DNA from: an uncultured Gemmataceae bacterium
Lineage (GTDB): Bacteria; Planctomycetota; Planctomycetia; Gemmatales; Gemmataceae
Direction: 5' to 3'
NCBI GenBank assembly: GCA_963750165.1
Contig: CAVVPN010000001.1
Coordinates: 288,001-352,000 of the forward strand
Length of the DNA stretch: 64,000 nt
Shown here: piece after piece, positions 37,867 through 47,486 of the stretch
How positions within the stretch are numbered: the stretch's first letter is position 1
How the letters are laid out: every line of letters starts with the position of its first letter
Notes under the pieces: model-generated
Told to the model about the DNA's origin: nothing
What the model saw: the letters and a program-made list of their open reading frames with translations, nothing else
Databases searched by the model: none
Made by a program: the position numbers and the translations under genes

Positions 37867-38241
37867 ATGCCGACCATTAATCAACTGGTGCGGAAGCCGC
37901 GCCGGCAGCAGTATCGCAAACCGAAACACCCGGCCATGCAGGGCTGCCCACAGAAGCGCGGCGTCTGCCTGCAGGTCAAGACCATGACGCCCAAGAAGCC
38001 GAACTCCGCCATGCGCAAGGTGGCGCGTGTGCGATTGTCCAACGGCATCGAAGTGACGGCCTACATTCCCGGCGAGGGGCACAATCTGCAAGAGCACTCG
38101 ATCGTCCTGGTGCGCGGCGGGCGTGTGCGCGACCTCCCTGGTGTCCGTTACCACATCATCCGCGGCGTCCTGGATTCGCAGGGCGTGGCGGATCGCAAGC
38201 AGGCCCGTTCCAAGTACGGGGCCAAGCGCGAAGGCGGCTAA
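37867..38241 (+). CDS. rpsL: 30S ribosomal protein S12
   Basis: [28 protein letters not shown]. Confidence 0.99.
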   Translation: MPTINQLVRKPRRQQYRKPKHPAMQGCPQKRGVCLQVKTMTPKKPNSAMRKVARVRLSNGIEVTAYIPGEGHNLQEHSIVLVRGGRVRDLPGVRYHIIRGVLDSQGVADRKQARSKYGAKREGG

Positions 38242-38316
38242 GGGCCTGTCCGCCCCAGGGCGGGCAGGCCGCAACCGCTGCGGTGAGGGTACGGACTCTG
38301 GTCCCGGGAGAGGTCG

Positions 38317-38559
38317 ATGATGCTCGAAGTGAAGGTCGAACTGGACTTCACGTGTTGTACTTGTGGCGCCTGCACGAGCGTGACGCTCAAGTGTGCGGGC
38401 AAGGGGCTCAGTCAGGGGTTGCACGCGGTGGCGGCGGTGCAGGTGCCGTGCCCCAGTTGCGCCCACTCGAATCAACTCGTGTTCGAGCCGAACGGCACCC
38501 TGCACGCGGTGGCTCCCTGCCCCGCGCCGCGGCGGTTGCCCGAACCGTCGCTCAACTAA
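38317..38559 (+). CDS. Small CxxC/CxxC zinc-finger protein between rpsL and rpsG
   Basis: FTCCTCG...VPCPSCAH, with RBS GAGAGG. Confidence 0.75.
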   Translation: MMLEVKVELDFTCCTCGACTSVTLKCAGKGLSQGLHAVAAVQVPCPSCAHSNQLVFEPNGTLHAVAPCPAPRRLPEPSLN

Positions 38560-38583
38560 CGAACGTCAAGGAAACGCGAACCG

Positions 38584-39057
38584 ATGGCACGCAAGCGAAC
38601 CGCCAGCTACACGACACTCAGGCCCGACCCGCGCTACGGCTCGGATCTGGCCAGCAAGTTCATCAACTGCCTGATGTGGCAAGGCAAGAAGGCGACGGCG
38701 ATGCGCATCTTCTATGGCGCACTCGACCAGATCAAGAAGCGGATGCCGGATGCCAACCCGATTGAGGTCTTCACCTCGGCGGTCGAGCACGTCAAGCCGA
38801 CCGTGGAGGTGCGCTCCAAACGCGTCGGCGGGGCCACCTACCAGGTGCCGATGCAGGTGAACAAGAAACGGCAGCAGAGTTTGGCGATTCGCTGGATCAT
38901 CGGGGCGTCGCGCGGCAAGTCTGGCCGGCCGATGTTCCTGCGTCTGGCCGACGAACTCATGGCCGCCTACCGCCGCGAGGGCGAGGCCATGAGCAAGCGC
39001 GAGAACACCATCAAGATGGCCGAGTCGAACAAGGCGTTCGCGCACTTCGCGTGGTGA
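38584..39057 (+). CDS. rpsG: 30S ribosomal protein S7
   Basis: [30 protein letters not shown]. Confidence 0.99.
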   Translation: MARKRTASYTTLRPDPRYGSDLASKFINCLMWQGKKATAMRIFYGALDQIKKRMPDANPIEVFTSAVEHVKPTVEVRSKRVGGATYQVPMQVNKKRQQSLAIRWIIGASRGKSGRPMFLRLADELMAAYRREGEAMSKRENTIKMAESNKAFAHFAW

Positions 39058-39113
39058 CGCCTTCCGAGCCAATTCCGAGTCCGAGCGCCAGCGCTCGGGC
39101 TCGGATCTTTTAC

Positions 39114-39368
39114 TTACATGTGACGAGCGCAAATCGACCAGGCACGCTCCAGTTCGGATCCCGCTTCCTGGATCGCCTCGGCGCCCTTCTGGAGCGCGTT
39201 CGCCAGTTTCGGTCGGCCGCGGTGCGCGTCGGCGCTCCCATCCGCTGCTAACTTCGCCGCCAGCGCACGCAAGAACAAGGCCAGCGCATCATAGCGCAGG
39301 TCGCCCACGTCGCCGGCGAGCTGCGTGAGTGTCCCTGGGTAGCGCTCGACCTCCTCGCGATGGATCAT
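39114..39368 (-). CDS. Small helical hypothetical protein, antisense within the str region
   Basis: MIHREEVERYPGTLTQLAGDVGDLRYDALA...AWSICARHM fills the rpsG-fusA gap. Confidence 0.65.
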   Translation of the reverse strand: MIHREEVERYPGTLTQLAGDVGDLRYDALALFLRALAAKLAADGSADAHRGRPKLANALQKGAEAIQEAGSELERAWSICARHM

Positions 39369-39593
39369 TGCTGCCCCCAATACGACGCGCCGTTTCCAGC
39401 GCAAACGGTTCGTGCCCTGAACCCGCGCGCTCCTTCCGCCATCCTTTCGAGGATTCTATCTGCGGCCGCACCGGCGCACCAGCCGGCCGGGCAGCTTTGC
39501 GGACGGTCGCGCGCCCCCTACCATAACCGCAGCGGGTCGGCCCGCCACGGCGGTAGAATGCCCGTACCCACGGAACACGCAAAGGACCGGACC

Positions 39594-41696
39594 ATGGCCA
39601 CCCTCGACCTGCGCAAACTGCGGAACATCGGCGTCATCGCCCACATCGACGCCGGCAAGACCACCACCACCGAACACATCCTCTATTACGCCGGCGCCAA
39701 GCACAAGCTCGGCGGCGTCGATGAGGGCACCACCGACACCGACTACGACCAGGAGGAACAGGAACGCGGCATCACCATCTACAGCGCCTGCATTCCGTTC
39801 CAGTGGCGCGACTGCACCGTCAACCTGATCGACACGCCCGGCCACGTCGATTTCACCGCCGAGGTCGAACGCTCGCTGCGCGTCCTCGACGGCGCTGTCG
39901 TCGTCTTCGACGCTCAGAAAGGCGTCGAGGCCCAGTCCGAAACCGTCTGGCGCCAGGCCGACAAGTATGAGGTGCCGCGCCTCGTCTTCGTCAACAAGAT
40001 GGACGTGGTCGGGGCGAATTTCGACAACGTGCTGGAAGAAGTCCGCGAGCGCCTGGAGGGCAAGCCGGTGCCGGTGACCATCCCCATTGGCAGCGGCTCG
40101 CCCAAGGACAGTCACACACCCTTCAGCGCCATCATCGACGTGATCGCCATGCAGGCGCTGTACTTCGACGAGAAGACCAACGGCAAAACCATCCGCACGG
40201 AGCCGATCCCCGCGGACTACGAGCCGGCCGCGCGCCGCTGGCGCGACAACCTCTTCGAGGTGCTGACGCAGCACGACGACAGGGACCAGCTAACCAGCGC
40301 CTACCTCGAAGGCAAGGACATCCCCGCGGACACCATCCGCGCCGTGCTGCGCGAGCAGACGCTCAGGCGGCTCATCCAGCCGGTGCTGTGCGGCTCGGGC
40401 CGCGAGCACATCGGCGTGCAGCCGCTCATGGACGCGGTGACCTACTACCTGCCCAGCCCGCTCGACCGGCCGCCCGTCAAGGGGATCAACCCCACGAAGA
40501 AGGACAAGATCGAGGAACGCAAGCCGGACCCGAAGGAGCCGTTCAGCGGTCTCGTCTTCAAGATCATCACCGACAAGCATGCGGACCTGTTCTACGTTCG
40601 CGTCTACTCCGGCACGCTCAAGGCCAACAGCCGCGTCTGGAACGCCGGCCGGCAACTCAAGGAATTCGCGTCGAAGCTGTATCACATCCACGCCGACCCG
40701 CGGCACCGCGACGAACTGCCCGCGGCGCCTGCCGGCGACATCGTGGCCATTATCGGCCCGCGCGAAGAGACGATCACCGGCGACACGCTCTGCGACCCGC
40801 TGCACCCGATCCTGCTGGAGCAGATCAAGTTCGCCGAGGCGGTCGTCAGCCGCTCCATCGAGCCGGAGACATCCGCGGACAAGGACAAGATGATTGAGGT
40901 GCTCAATCGCCTGAAGCGCGAGGACCCGACCTTCACCTGGCGCGTCGATCCGGACACCGGCCAGACGCTGATGAACGGTATGGGCCTGCTGCACCTGGAG
41001 GTCAAGCAGCACAAAATGGAGCGCGAGTATCGTCTGAAGGCGCGCGTCGGCAAGCCGCGCGTCAGCTACCGCGAGACGCTGAAGCGACCGGTACGCATCG
41101 AGGGCGAGTGCGTCAAGCAGACCGGCACCACCGGCCTGTTCGCGAAGGTGACCGTCGCGTTCGAGCCGACCCGGGGCAAGCCGACCGAGGTCGTCAACCA
41201 GCTGCCGCCAGAGAAACTGCCGCCGGAGTTCGTCGTCGCGGCGGAGCAGGGCATCCGCGGGGCATTGTCGTCGGGCAACCTCGGCTATCCGGTGATCGAC
41301 GTGAAGGTGACGCTGCTGGACGGCCAACTCGACGAGCAGCTGTCCAACGATATCGCCTTCCAGGCGGCCGGCGCCGACGCCGTGAACAAGGCGCTGAAGG
41401 ATAACATGGTGCTGCTGGAGCCGGTCATGGAGGTCGAGGTGACGGTGCCGGAGGAGTACCTGGGGCCGGTGACAGCGGACCTGAACCAGCGGCGCTCGGA
41501 GATCACGTCGATGAACGCGCGCGGCAAACTGAGCGTCATCGAGGCGCTGGTGCCGCTGGCCAAGATGTTCGACTATTCCGACAAGATCCGCAGCCTGACC
41601 GCTGGCCGCGCCGGCTGGACGATGGAGCCGCGCTCCTATGTCGCGGTGCCGGAGGACGTGTTACGCGGGCTGCTGAACCCGGAAGATGCGTATTGA
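39594..41696 (+). CDS. fusA: Elongation factor G, divergent
   Basis: RNIGVIAHIDAGKTT, ERGITI, DTPGHVDFTAEVERSLRVLDG, GMGLLHLE, LLEPVM. Confidence 0.93.
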   Translation: MATLDLRKLRNIGVIAHIDAGKTTTTEHILYYAGAKHKLGGVDEGTTDTDYDQEEQERGITIYSACIPFQWRDCTVNLIDTPGHVDFTAEVERSLRVLDGAVVVFDAQKGVEAQSETVWRQADKYEVPRLVFVNKMDVVGANFDNVLEEVRERLEGKPVPVTIPIGSGSPKDSHTPFSAIIDVIAMQALYFDEKTNGKTIRTEPIPADYEPAARRWRDNLFEVLTQHDDRDQLTSAYLEGKDIPADTIRAVLREQTLRRLIQPVLCGSGREHIGVQPLMDAVTYYLPSPLDRPPVKGINPTKKDKIEERKPDPKEPFSGLVFKIITDKHADLFYVRVYSGTLKANSRVWNAGRQLKEFASKLYHIHADPRHRDELPAAPAGDIVAIIGPREETITGDTLCDPLHPILLEQIKFAEAVVSRSIEPETSADKDKMIEVLNRLKREDPTFTWRVDPDTGQTLMNGMGLLHLEVKQHKMEREYRLKARVGKPRVSYRETLKRPVRIEGECVKQTGTTGLFAKVTVAFEPTRGKPTEVVNQLPPEKLPPEFVVAAEQGIRGALSSGNLGYPVIDVKVTLLDGQLDEQLSNDIAFQAAGADAVNKALKDNMVLLEPVMEVEVTVPEEYLGPVTADLNQRRSEITSMNARGKLSVIEALVPLAKMFDYSDKIRSLTAGRAGWTMEPRSYVAVPEDVLRGLLNPEDAY

Positions 41697-41706
41697 GCCG
41701 CGCACA

Positions 41707-41756
41707 GAGTGTACTCGCGGAGTAAGCTGCCGCCCGCTTACTCCGCGAGTACGCTC
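41707..41756. repeat. REP-like palindrome / possible terminator between convergent genes
   Basis: GTACTCGCGGAGTAAGC...GCTTACTCCGCGAGTAC. Confidence 0.75.
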
Positions 41757-41839
41757 CGTGCGCGGCTCAAACGAGTCGTCTTTGTTTCCGAACGCGCTCA
41801 GCGCCCCGCGCTAAGCCGCAAGCGGCGGACAAGACGGAC

Positions 41840-44395
41840 TCACGGCGCCCGCAGCCGGTCCAGCGACGCCTGCGCCTCGCGCGTCGGCCGCGCTCCCGGC
41901 GCCCCCGCCGCCAGCGCTTCCAACAGCGCCACCGCCGCCGGGCTGCCGACCTGCTCCAGCACCTCCACCGCCCGCACCGCCCGCACCCGTTCCGGGTTGG
42001 TCAACGGCCCGTCCAGTCGCTCCAGCAGCAGCAGCACGCGCTTCTTCGACTCCGCGCTCAGCGGCTTCTGCAGCGCCGCTCGCAGCGCCACCTCTGCCCG
42101 GTCGCCCAGCCCTTCCAGGCCGCGCATCGCCCGGTCGCGCGTGCCGAACTGCGGACTATCCAGCTCCTTCAGCCATGTCGCCACCTGCTTCGGGTCCGCC
42201 GCTTTCACCGGCGCCAACCGCGCTTTCAGGAACACCACCGTCTCGTCGCCGCGCCGCGCCAGCTCCGCCAACGCCAGCGCCGCCCGCACGCCGTCCGGCT
42301 GGCCCAGTGCCTGCCAGCACTCCTCCGCCGTCAGCGCCGGCGTCTTCGTCAGGCCGCCGCGCGGCAGCGCCGTCATTGACCACACCAGGGCCGTGCCGTC
42401 CATGCTCGACGACAGCAACTTCGTACCGTCCGCCGAGAACGCCAGCGCCGACACGCCGCCCTCGTGGGCCGTCCAGCTGTAGCGCCGCGGCCCCTTCAAC
42501 TCCGTGACGTGGATGCCGCCCGTGCTGTCGCTCGCCGCCAGCCAGCGGCCGTCCGGCGACAGCACCACGGTGCGGAAGTCGCCACGCGGCCCCAGCCGCT
42601 GCGGCGGCTTCTCCGTCCCCAGTCGGAACAACTGCGGGCAGTCGTCCGCCGCCACCACCGCCAGCCGCTGGCCGTCGCGCGCGAACGCCAGCGCCAGCGG
42701 CTGCGACACGGGAATCGCCTGCCGCAGCGTCCGCGTCGTCAACTCCCAGACCACCGCAAAGCGGTGGTTCAGCCCCACCGCCGCCAGGCTGCGGCCGTCC
42801 GGCGCGAAACACGGTTGCAGGTTGACCATCGTCATCGGCATTTCCAGCGAATAGCTCCGCTTGCCCGTGGTCGCGTCCCAGACTTCCAGCAGATTCTCGC
42901 CGTCGCCCAGCACGACCGCCAGGCTGGCGCCGTCCGGGGAAAAGGCTACCCGCCCCACCACGTTGCGCTCCAACTTCGCCGCCCAGACTTCCTTGCCGGT
43001 CGTCGTGTCCAGGAGGGTGAGCCCCTTGTACTCCGCCGCCCAGGTGACCAGGCGCCGCCCGTCCGGGCTCAGCACGGGCGTGCGGTTGGTGCCGCGCAGC
43101 ATGGGGAACGTCAGCGCCCGCTGCTCCTTGCCGGTGCTCACGTCCCAGAAGTGCAGCACACCGTTGGCGTCGGCGCACGCCGCAGTTCGGCCGAGCGGAT
43201 CCAGGAAGGCCGCCGACAGCAGCGCGTGGTGGCTGCGAACCTGCACCTTCGGCTTGCCGGTCTGGGCGTCGAGCAGCACCATGCTGTTGGCCTCGGCGAG
43301 GGCCACCGTCCCGCCCGCCGGATCCAGGGCGGCAATGTGATAGCCATCCTCCCGGCTGCCCGTTACCTTCAACTGCTTGCCGGTCACAGCGTCCCAGGTA
43401 AACACCCGCCCCCGCGTGGTGACGCCGAGGAGCGTCTTGCCGTTGGGCCCATAGCGCAGCCGGGCCAACGTCTCGTCCTCCAGTTCAATCGGGGTGAAGC
43501 CGCTCAACTCGGCATCCGTGGCGGTCTCGAACAACTTGACCTGGTTGCCGCAGGCGACGGCCACCGCCTTTGCGTCCGGGGCCAGCGCCACGGCGGCGAC
43601 GCGGTTGTAACCAGGGTGAAGGTTACGGCCCATCAGATACCAGCGCAGCCGCTTGCCTTTCGCGCAGTCCCACAGCCAGACGTTGCCGGCGCCGAAGCCG
43701 ACCATCAGCAGTTTGCCGTCCGGGCTGAAGGCGAGCGCGTCGGCCTGCAAGTCGTCCGAAGGCGTGGCGAGGCGGCCGCGCTCCTTGCCAGTGGCGATGT
43801 CGATCAGCACGACCTTGCCCGGAAACAGGGCCACGGCCAGCGTTTTGCCGTCCGGCGCGAACACGGCGGACAGGGCTCGGCCGTCCTTGATGTCCCACAA
43901 CGGCCGCGTCTGACCGGTGGCGAGGTTCCACCACTGACAGCACGGGTTGGTGCCAATCAGCACAGCGTTCCCGTCGGGTGCGAACGCCACCGGGACGTAC
44001 CGTGGGAGCATGCGCTGTTCGCGGTACATGGCAATGTTAATGCCGCCGCGCTCGAACCGGCCCGGCGGCGGTGGCGGTGGCGGCGGGGGCGGCACGCTGT
44101 ACTTCGCAGAGCCCGTCCCCTGATGCAGCCCCACCTGGCGGCGCAGCTTGCCGGTGGCCACGTCCCAGACGCGGACGAACGTCCCTTCGCCGACGCCGCT
44201 GATGAGCGTCTTGCCGTCGGGGCTGAAGGTGAGCGACTCGATGAAGCCGGGGTGCCACAGCCGCAAGGTGCCGAAGCGGGCGACGGCGCCGGGCGGCAGC
44301 GGATCGCCGGCCTGGTCGAGGCGCACCTTCGGCGCCTGGGCAGCAGCGGGGAACGGGCTGAGCAGCAGGGCGAGCAGCAGCAGACGGGGAATCAT
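41840..44395 (-). CDS. Exported WD40-repeat protein with C-terminal HEAT-like domain
   Basis: Signal peptide, GDPLPPGAVARFGTLRL, many AFSPDGK blades, RAVEVLEQVG tail. Confidence 0.92.
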   Translation of the reverse strand: MIPRLLLLALLLSPFPAAAQAPKVRLDQAGDPLPPGAVARFGTLRLWHPGFIESLTFSPDGKTLISGVGEGTFVRVWDVATGKLRRQVGLHQGTGSAKYSVPPPPPPPPPPGRFERGGINIAMYREQRMLPRYVPVAFAPDGNAVLIGTNPCCQWWNLATGQTRPLWDIKDGRALSAVFAPDGKTLAVALFPGKVVLIDIATGKERGRLATPSDDLQADALAFSPDGKLLMVGFGAGNVWLWDCAKGKRLRWYLMGRNLHPGYNRVAAVALAPDAKAVAVACGNQVKLFETATDAELSGFTPIELEDETLARLRYGPNGKTLLGVTTRGRVFTWDAVTGKQLKVTGSREDGYHIAALDPAGGTVALAEANSMVLLDAQTGKPKVQVRSHHALLSAAFLDPLGRTAACADANGVLHFWDVSTGKEQRALTFPMLRGTNRTPVLSPDGRRLVTWAAEYKGLTLLDTTTGKEVWAAKLERNVVGRVAFSPDGASLAVVLGDGENLLEVWDATTGKRSYSLEMPMTMVNLQPCFAPDGRSLAAVGLNHRFAVVWELTTRTLRQAIPVSQPLALAFARDGQRLAVVAADDCPQLFRLGTEKPPQRLGPRGDFRTVVLSPDGRWLAASDSTGGIHVTELKGPRRYSWTAHEGGVSALAFSADGTKLLSSSMDGTALVWSMTALPRGGLTKTPALTAEECWQALGQPDGVRAALALAELARRGDETVVFLKARLAPVKAADPKQVATWLKELDSPQFGTRDRAMRGLEGLGDRAEVALRAALQKPLSAESKKRVLLLLERLDGPLTNPERVRAVRAVEVLEQVGSPAAVALLEALAAGAPGARPTREAQASLDRLRAP

Positions 44396-44537
44396 GAAGT
44401 GCCTCCGTGGCGATGGTCGCGGCCCTTCCCGGCCGTGAGGCGGCGTGGGCTTGACCCCACTTCCGTTGACAACCATTTCAGACTACCCAGCGGGGAGAGC
44501 ATGGGCAATGAGAAATGACGATTTGTCATTCGTGGTG

Positions 44538-44600
44538 GGTCGGAGCCCGAGCGCCAGCGCGGGGCCTGCTTTGCCCCGCGCTGGCGCTCGGGCTCCGACC
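44538..44600. repeat. REP-like palindrome family (copies at ~39063-39104, 54298-54360, 58053-58111)
   Basis: Perfect 28-bp arms GGTCGGAGCCCGAGCGCCAGCGCGGGGC. Confidence 0.88.
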
Positions 44601-44660
44601 AGAGCGGCGCGCCGTTTGCAACATAACCTTCCTCACTGGTAGCAATTGGAGGAAAGCGTC

Positions 44661-45143
44661 ATGGCGCCGCCGACATTTGGTAAAGGCCATTTCCCCTGGC
44701 TGGAACGGTTTTCGCTCTGGGCGACGCACGCCACGGGCAGCACGCCGGCGTTCACGCTGGCGGCGCTCGCCATTCTGGTCTGGGGCGTCACCGGGCCCCT
44801 CTTCGGCTACTCCGACACCTGGCAGCTGGTCATCAACACCGGCACCACGATCGTCACTTTTTTGATGGTGTTCCTGATCCAGCGCACACAGAACAAGGAC
44901 GCGCTGGCGACGCAGCTCAAGTTGAACGAAATCCTGGCGGCGCTCAAGGGAGCGAGTAACCGGCTCATCAACGTGGAGGATTTGAGCGAGGAGGAGGTGC
45001 GCAAGCTGCACGAGCGCTACCAGCGCCTGACCGAGCGGGCGCGGGCCAACGGCGACGTGAGCGGCAAGCACACCATCGAGGAGGAAGCGCCGGCCGACCG
45101 CAAGGAGCCGACATCGACCGACAAGGCGTTGCAAGAAGTGTGA
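44661..45143 (+). CDS. Low-affinity iron permease family protein (Fet4-like)
   Basis: YSDTWQLVINTGTTIVTFLMVFLIQRTQNKD...KLNE. Confidence 0.92.
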   Translation: MAPPTFGKGHFPWLERFSLWATHATGSTPAFTLAALAILVWGVTGPLFGYSDTWQLVINTGTTIVTFLMVFLIQRTQNKDALATQLKLNEILAALKGASNRLINVEDLSEEEVRKLHERYQRLTERARANGDVSGKHTIEEEAPADRKEPTSTDKALQEV

Positions 45144-45243
45144 GGGACGATTGCGCTCGACCCGTGGTCGGGACGGAGTGCGCCGGCACGGCGCGATGTT
45201 GCTGCATGGGTTCCACCTGCGAAGACGAGAAGGAAAGCGTTTA

Positions 45244-45320
45244 GGAGGCGCCGAACAACAACTTCCAAGAGTAGGACGGCTCTCCAGAGCCGTCCTACGA
45301 AGTTGTTGTTCGGCGCCTCC
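45244..45320. mobile_element. 77-bp MITE-like element containing a REP unit
   Basis: 22-bp terminal IRs GGAGGCGCCGAACAACAACTTC with TTA on both flanks. Confidence 0.6.
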
Positions 45321-45371
45321 TTAGAGCAGTTTGCCGTCGCAAGGACCACGAACGGCAGGCCAGCGCTGCCA

Positions 45372-45546
45372 GGCGCCGCATCTCGACGTGTGAAAAAGTT
45401 GGCGTTCTTGGCGTCCTTGGCGTTCTTGCTGTGGCAACCACCGCCGGTGGTGGTCGCGCCGTGCCAGCCGCACGGGGCCAGGGCGCCGCATCTCGACGTA
45501 TGAAAAAGTTGGCCCCCTTGGCCCCCTTGGCCCCCTTGCTGTGGCA
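45372..45546 (+). repeat. 65-bp imperfect direct repeat pair with internal 9-bp units
   Basis: GGCGCCGCATCTCGACGT.TGAAAAAGTTGGC-(9-mers)-TTGCTGTGGCA at 45372 and 45482. Confidence 0.8.
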
Positions 45547-45613
45547 GTGCAGGCCGCTGGTGGTCAAGCCGTGCCCGCCGCCCCACCCGTGCGCGCTCCG
45601 CCTGCGAACCGCG

Positions 45614-46888
45614 CTAGTCCGCTTTCCTCTCCACCGTCCGTTGTTGCAACAGCGCCGGGGCCGACGCCCGGCCGTGGTCGTGGCCGCGGTACAGCCCAAA
45701 ATCGTTGAACCAGTGCCGCTTGGCCAGGCGGTACAGCCAGTTTTTCTCGGGAATCTCGTTGCCGGGGCCGTACTGTGACGTGCGCACCGTCATCGCCGCC
45801 AGTTCCTCCAGCGCCGTGCCGCGCGCTGTCGCATCCCGGGCGCCATGCTTCTCGACCAGTTGCTTCAGCAGGTCGGGGCGCTCCAGCACAATGCAGCCGC
45901 GCGTCGTTTGCTGGGCCAGTTCGCGGAACTCGCGCAGGAACGCCGAGCCCAGGAATTTTTCGCGCAGCGGCCGCGGGTCGCTGGCGGTGGCGTGGATCGA
46001 CTCGGTCGTGAACTGCACGATGGGGCACGGCTCGATGTCGCCCCAGGGGTTGATGTGGTGCGACAGACCGTTCGCCGCCGGGCACAGCGCCCGTCCCTCG
46101 CCATCAAAGTACGCATCGACGATGATGATCGGTTTCTTCGCCCGCATCTCGACCACGAAGCGCCGTGCCCGCAGCTGCTGCTCGGCGCTCAGGCACAGGT
46201 CCGGGCAGGCGTCCGGCCCCATCGGCCGGTAGACGTGGAACCACGTGTACAAGACGCCCATGTCGATCAGGCGGTCGATCCATGCTTCGGTGAGCAGATC
46301 GTCGATGTTGGTCTGGCACAGGCTGGTGCAGACGCCCGTGAAGACGCGGTGCTTGAGGCAGTGGCGCAGCCCTTGCAGCGTTCGGTTGAGCACGTCGGGC
46401 CGGCCGCGGCGTTCGTCGCTGACGGTGGCGGTGCCCTCGACGCTGATGAGCGGTGTCACGTTGCCGAGCCGCCGCATGCGCACCGCCCGCTCCTCGGTGA
46501 TAAACTGGCCGTTGGTGAAGATTTGAAAGTAACAGTCCGGGTGCTTCGCGAGCATGTCGAGCAGGTGCGGGTGCATGAACGGCTCGCCGCCGACGATGCC
46601 GAAGAAGACGTTGCCCATCGCCTGCGCCTCGCGCACCAGTTTGTGGAACGCCTCGGGCTGGATGATCTCCTGCTTGGCGGCCACGTCCACCCAGCAGCCC
46701 TGGCAGCGCAGGTTGCAACTGTTAATGATCGAGACGTACAGAAACGGCGGGAAAAATTCGCCGCGCTTGAGGCGACGCTTGTGCGCCTGCACCGACAGCA
46801 TACCGCGCAGGCCCATGTTCCAGGCGAGCTTCCAGAGGGAGCGCTTGTCGGTTTCGAGCAGAAAGCGTTTGGCCAGTTGCAGCAGCAT
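45614..46888 (-). CDS. Radical SAM protein with SPASM/twitch-like C-terminus
   Basis: CNLRCQGC, GGEPF, FTNG, CPAA...HINPWGDIEPCP. Confidence 0.93.
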   Translation of the reverse strand: MLLQLAKRFLLETDKRSLWKLAWNMGLRGMLSVQAHKRRLKRGEFFPPFLYVSIINSCNLRCQGCWVDVAAKQEIIQPEAFHKLVREAQAMGNVFFGIVGGEPFMHPHLLDMLAKHPDCYFQIFTNGQFITEERAVRMRRLGNVTPLISVEGTATVSDERRGRPDVLNRTLQGLRHCLKHRVFTGVCTSLCQTNIDDLLTEAWIDRLIDMGVLYTWFHVYRPMGPDACPDLCLSAEQQLRARRFVVEMRAKKPIIIVDAYFDGEGRALCPAANGLSHHINPWGDIEPCPIVQFTTESIHATASDPRPLREKFLGSAFLREFRELAQQTTRGCIVLERPDLLKQLVEKHGARDATARGTALEELAAMTVRTSQYGPGNEIPEKNWLYRLAKRHWFNDFGLYRGHDHGRASAPALLQQRTVERKAD

Positions 46889-47047
46889 GGCGGTGCCTCG
46901 GTGGGTGCGGCCCGGGTGTCTTCTCGGGCGCTGTTAGTGTACGAGAGGGCGGCCGTGGAAACGACAGGCAATCCGCCATTTCACCTGCGCCCGCGACTCC
47001 GGTAGAATGCCCGTGGAAAAGCCCTTGCCGACGGAGGTGATAGCGCC

Positions 47048-47481
47048 ATGAACCCGACCGTTTCCCCCGAAACCGCCACCCCACCCGCGGGCGATGAGGC
47101 GACTCAACGCTGGGAGGTGCCTGACTGGGCCGTGCCGGACCTGAGCAAACTGACAACCACGGCGGCGAGGAAACCCACAAGCACCGCCAATACGCCCGCT
47201 CCGGCGTCCCGTTCCACGTCATTTTCGACCCCCGCGACCTGCTGGGGCACGGCGTCCTTCGCGGCTACGGGAATTCGCGCGGCCAATTTGAACCGACGGA
47301 CGCGACCTGGCTACCCGAGGTCGGATTGGGCCTGACGCTCTGGAAAGGAGCGTTCGAGGGAGCGGTGGAAACCTGGTTGCGCTGGTGCGACCGCGCCGGT
47401 CAGGTCATCCTCACCGGCAAGGAGCGCGCCGAGCGCCTGGCGGCGCAACTGCGCGCCCGGGGCGTTGAGCCGGAAGCGTAA
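47048..47481 (+). pseudogene. Uma2-family endonuclease remnant (internal deletion and frame change)
   Basis: The N-terminus ..PDLSKLT jumps to another frame reading KHRQYARSGVPFHVIFDP...VGLGLTLWKG...WLRWCD...ERAERLAAQLRARGVEP*. Confidence 0.72.
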
Positions 47482-47486
47482 CGGCC

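Noticed and set aside
47048..47481. Active Uma2 nuclease
   Set aside because: The central catalytic region appears deleted and the frame is broken, which is more than a single-base error.
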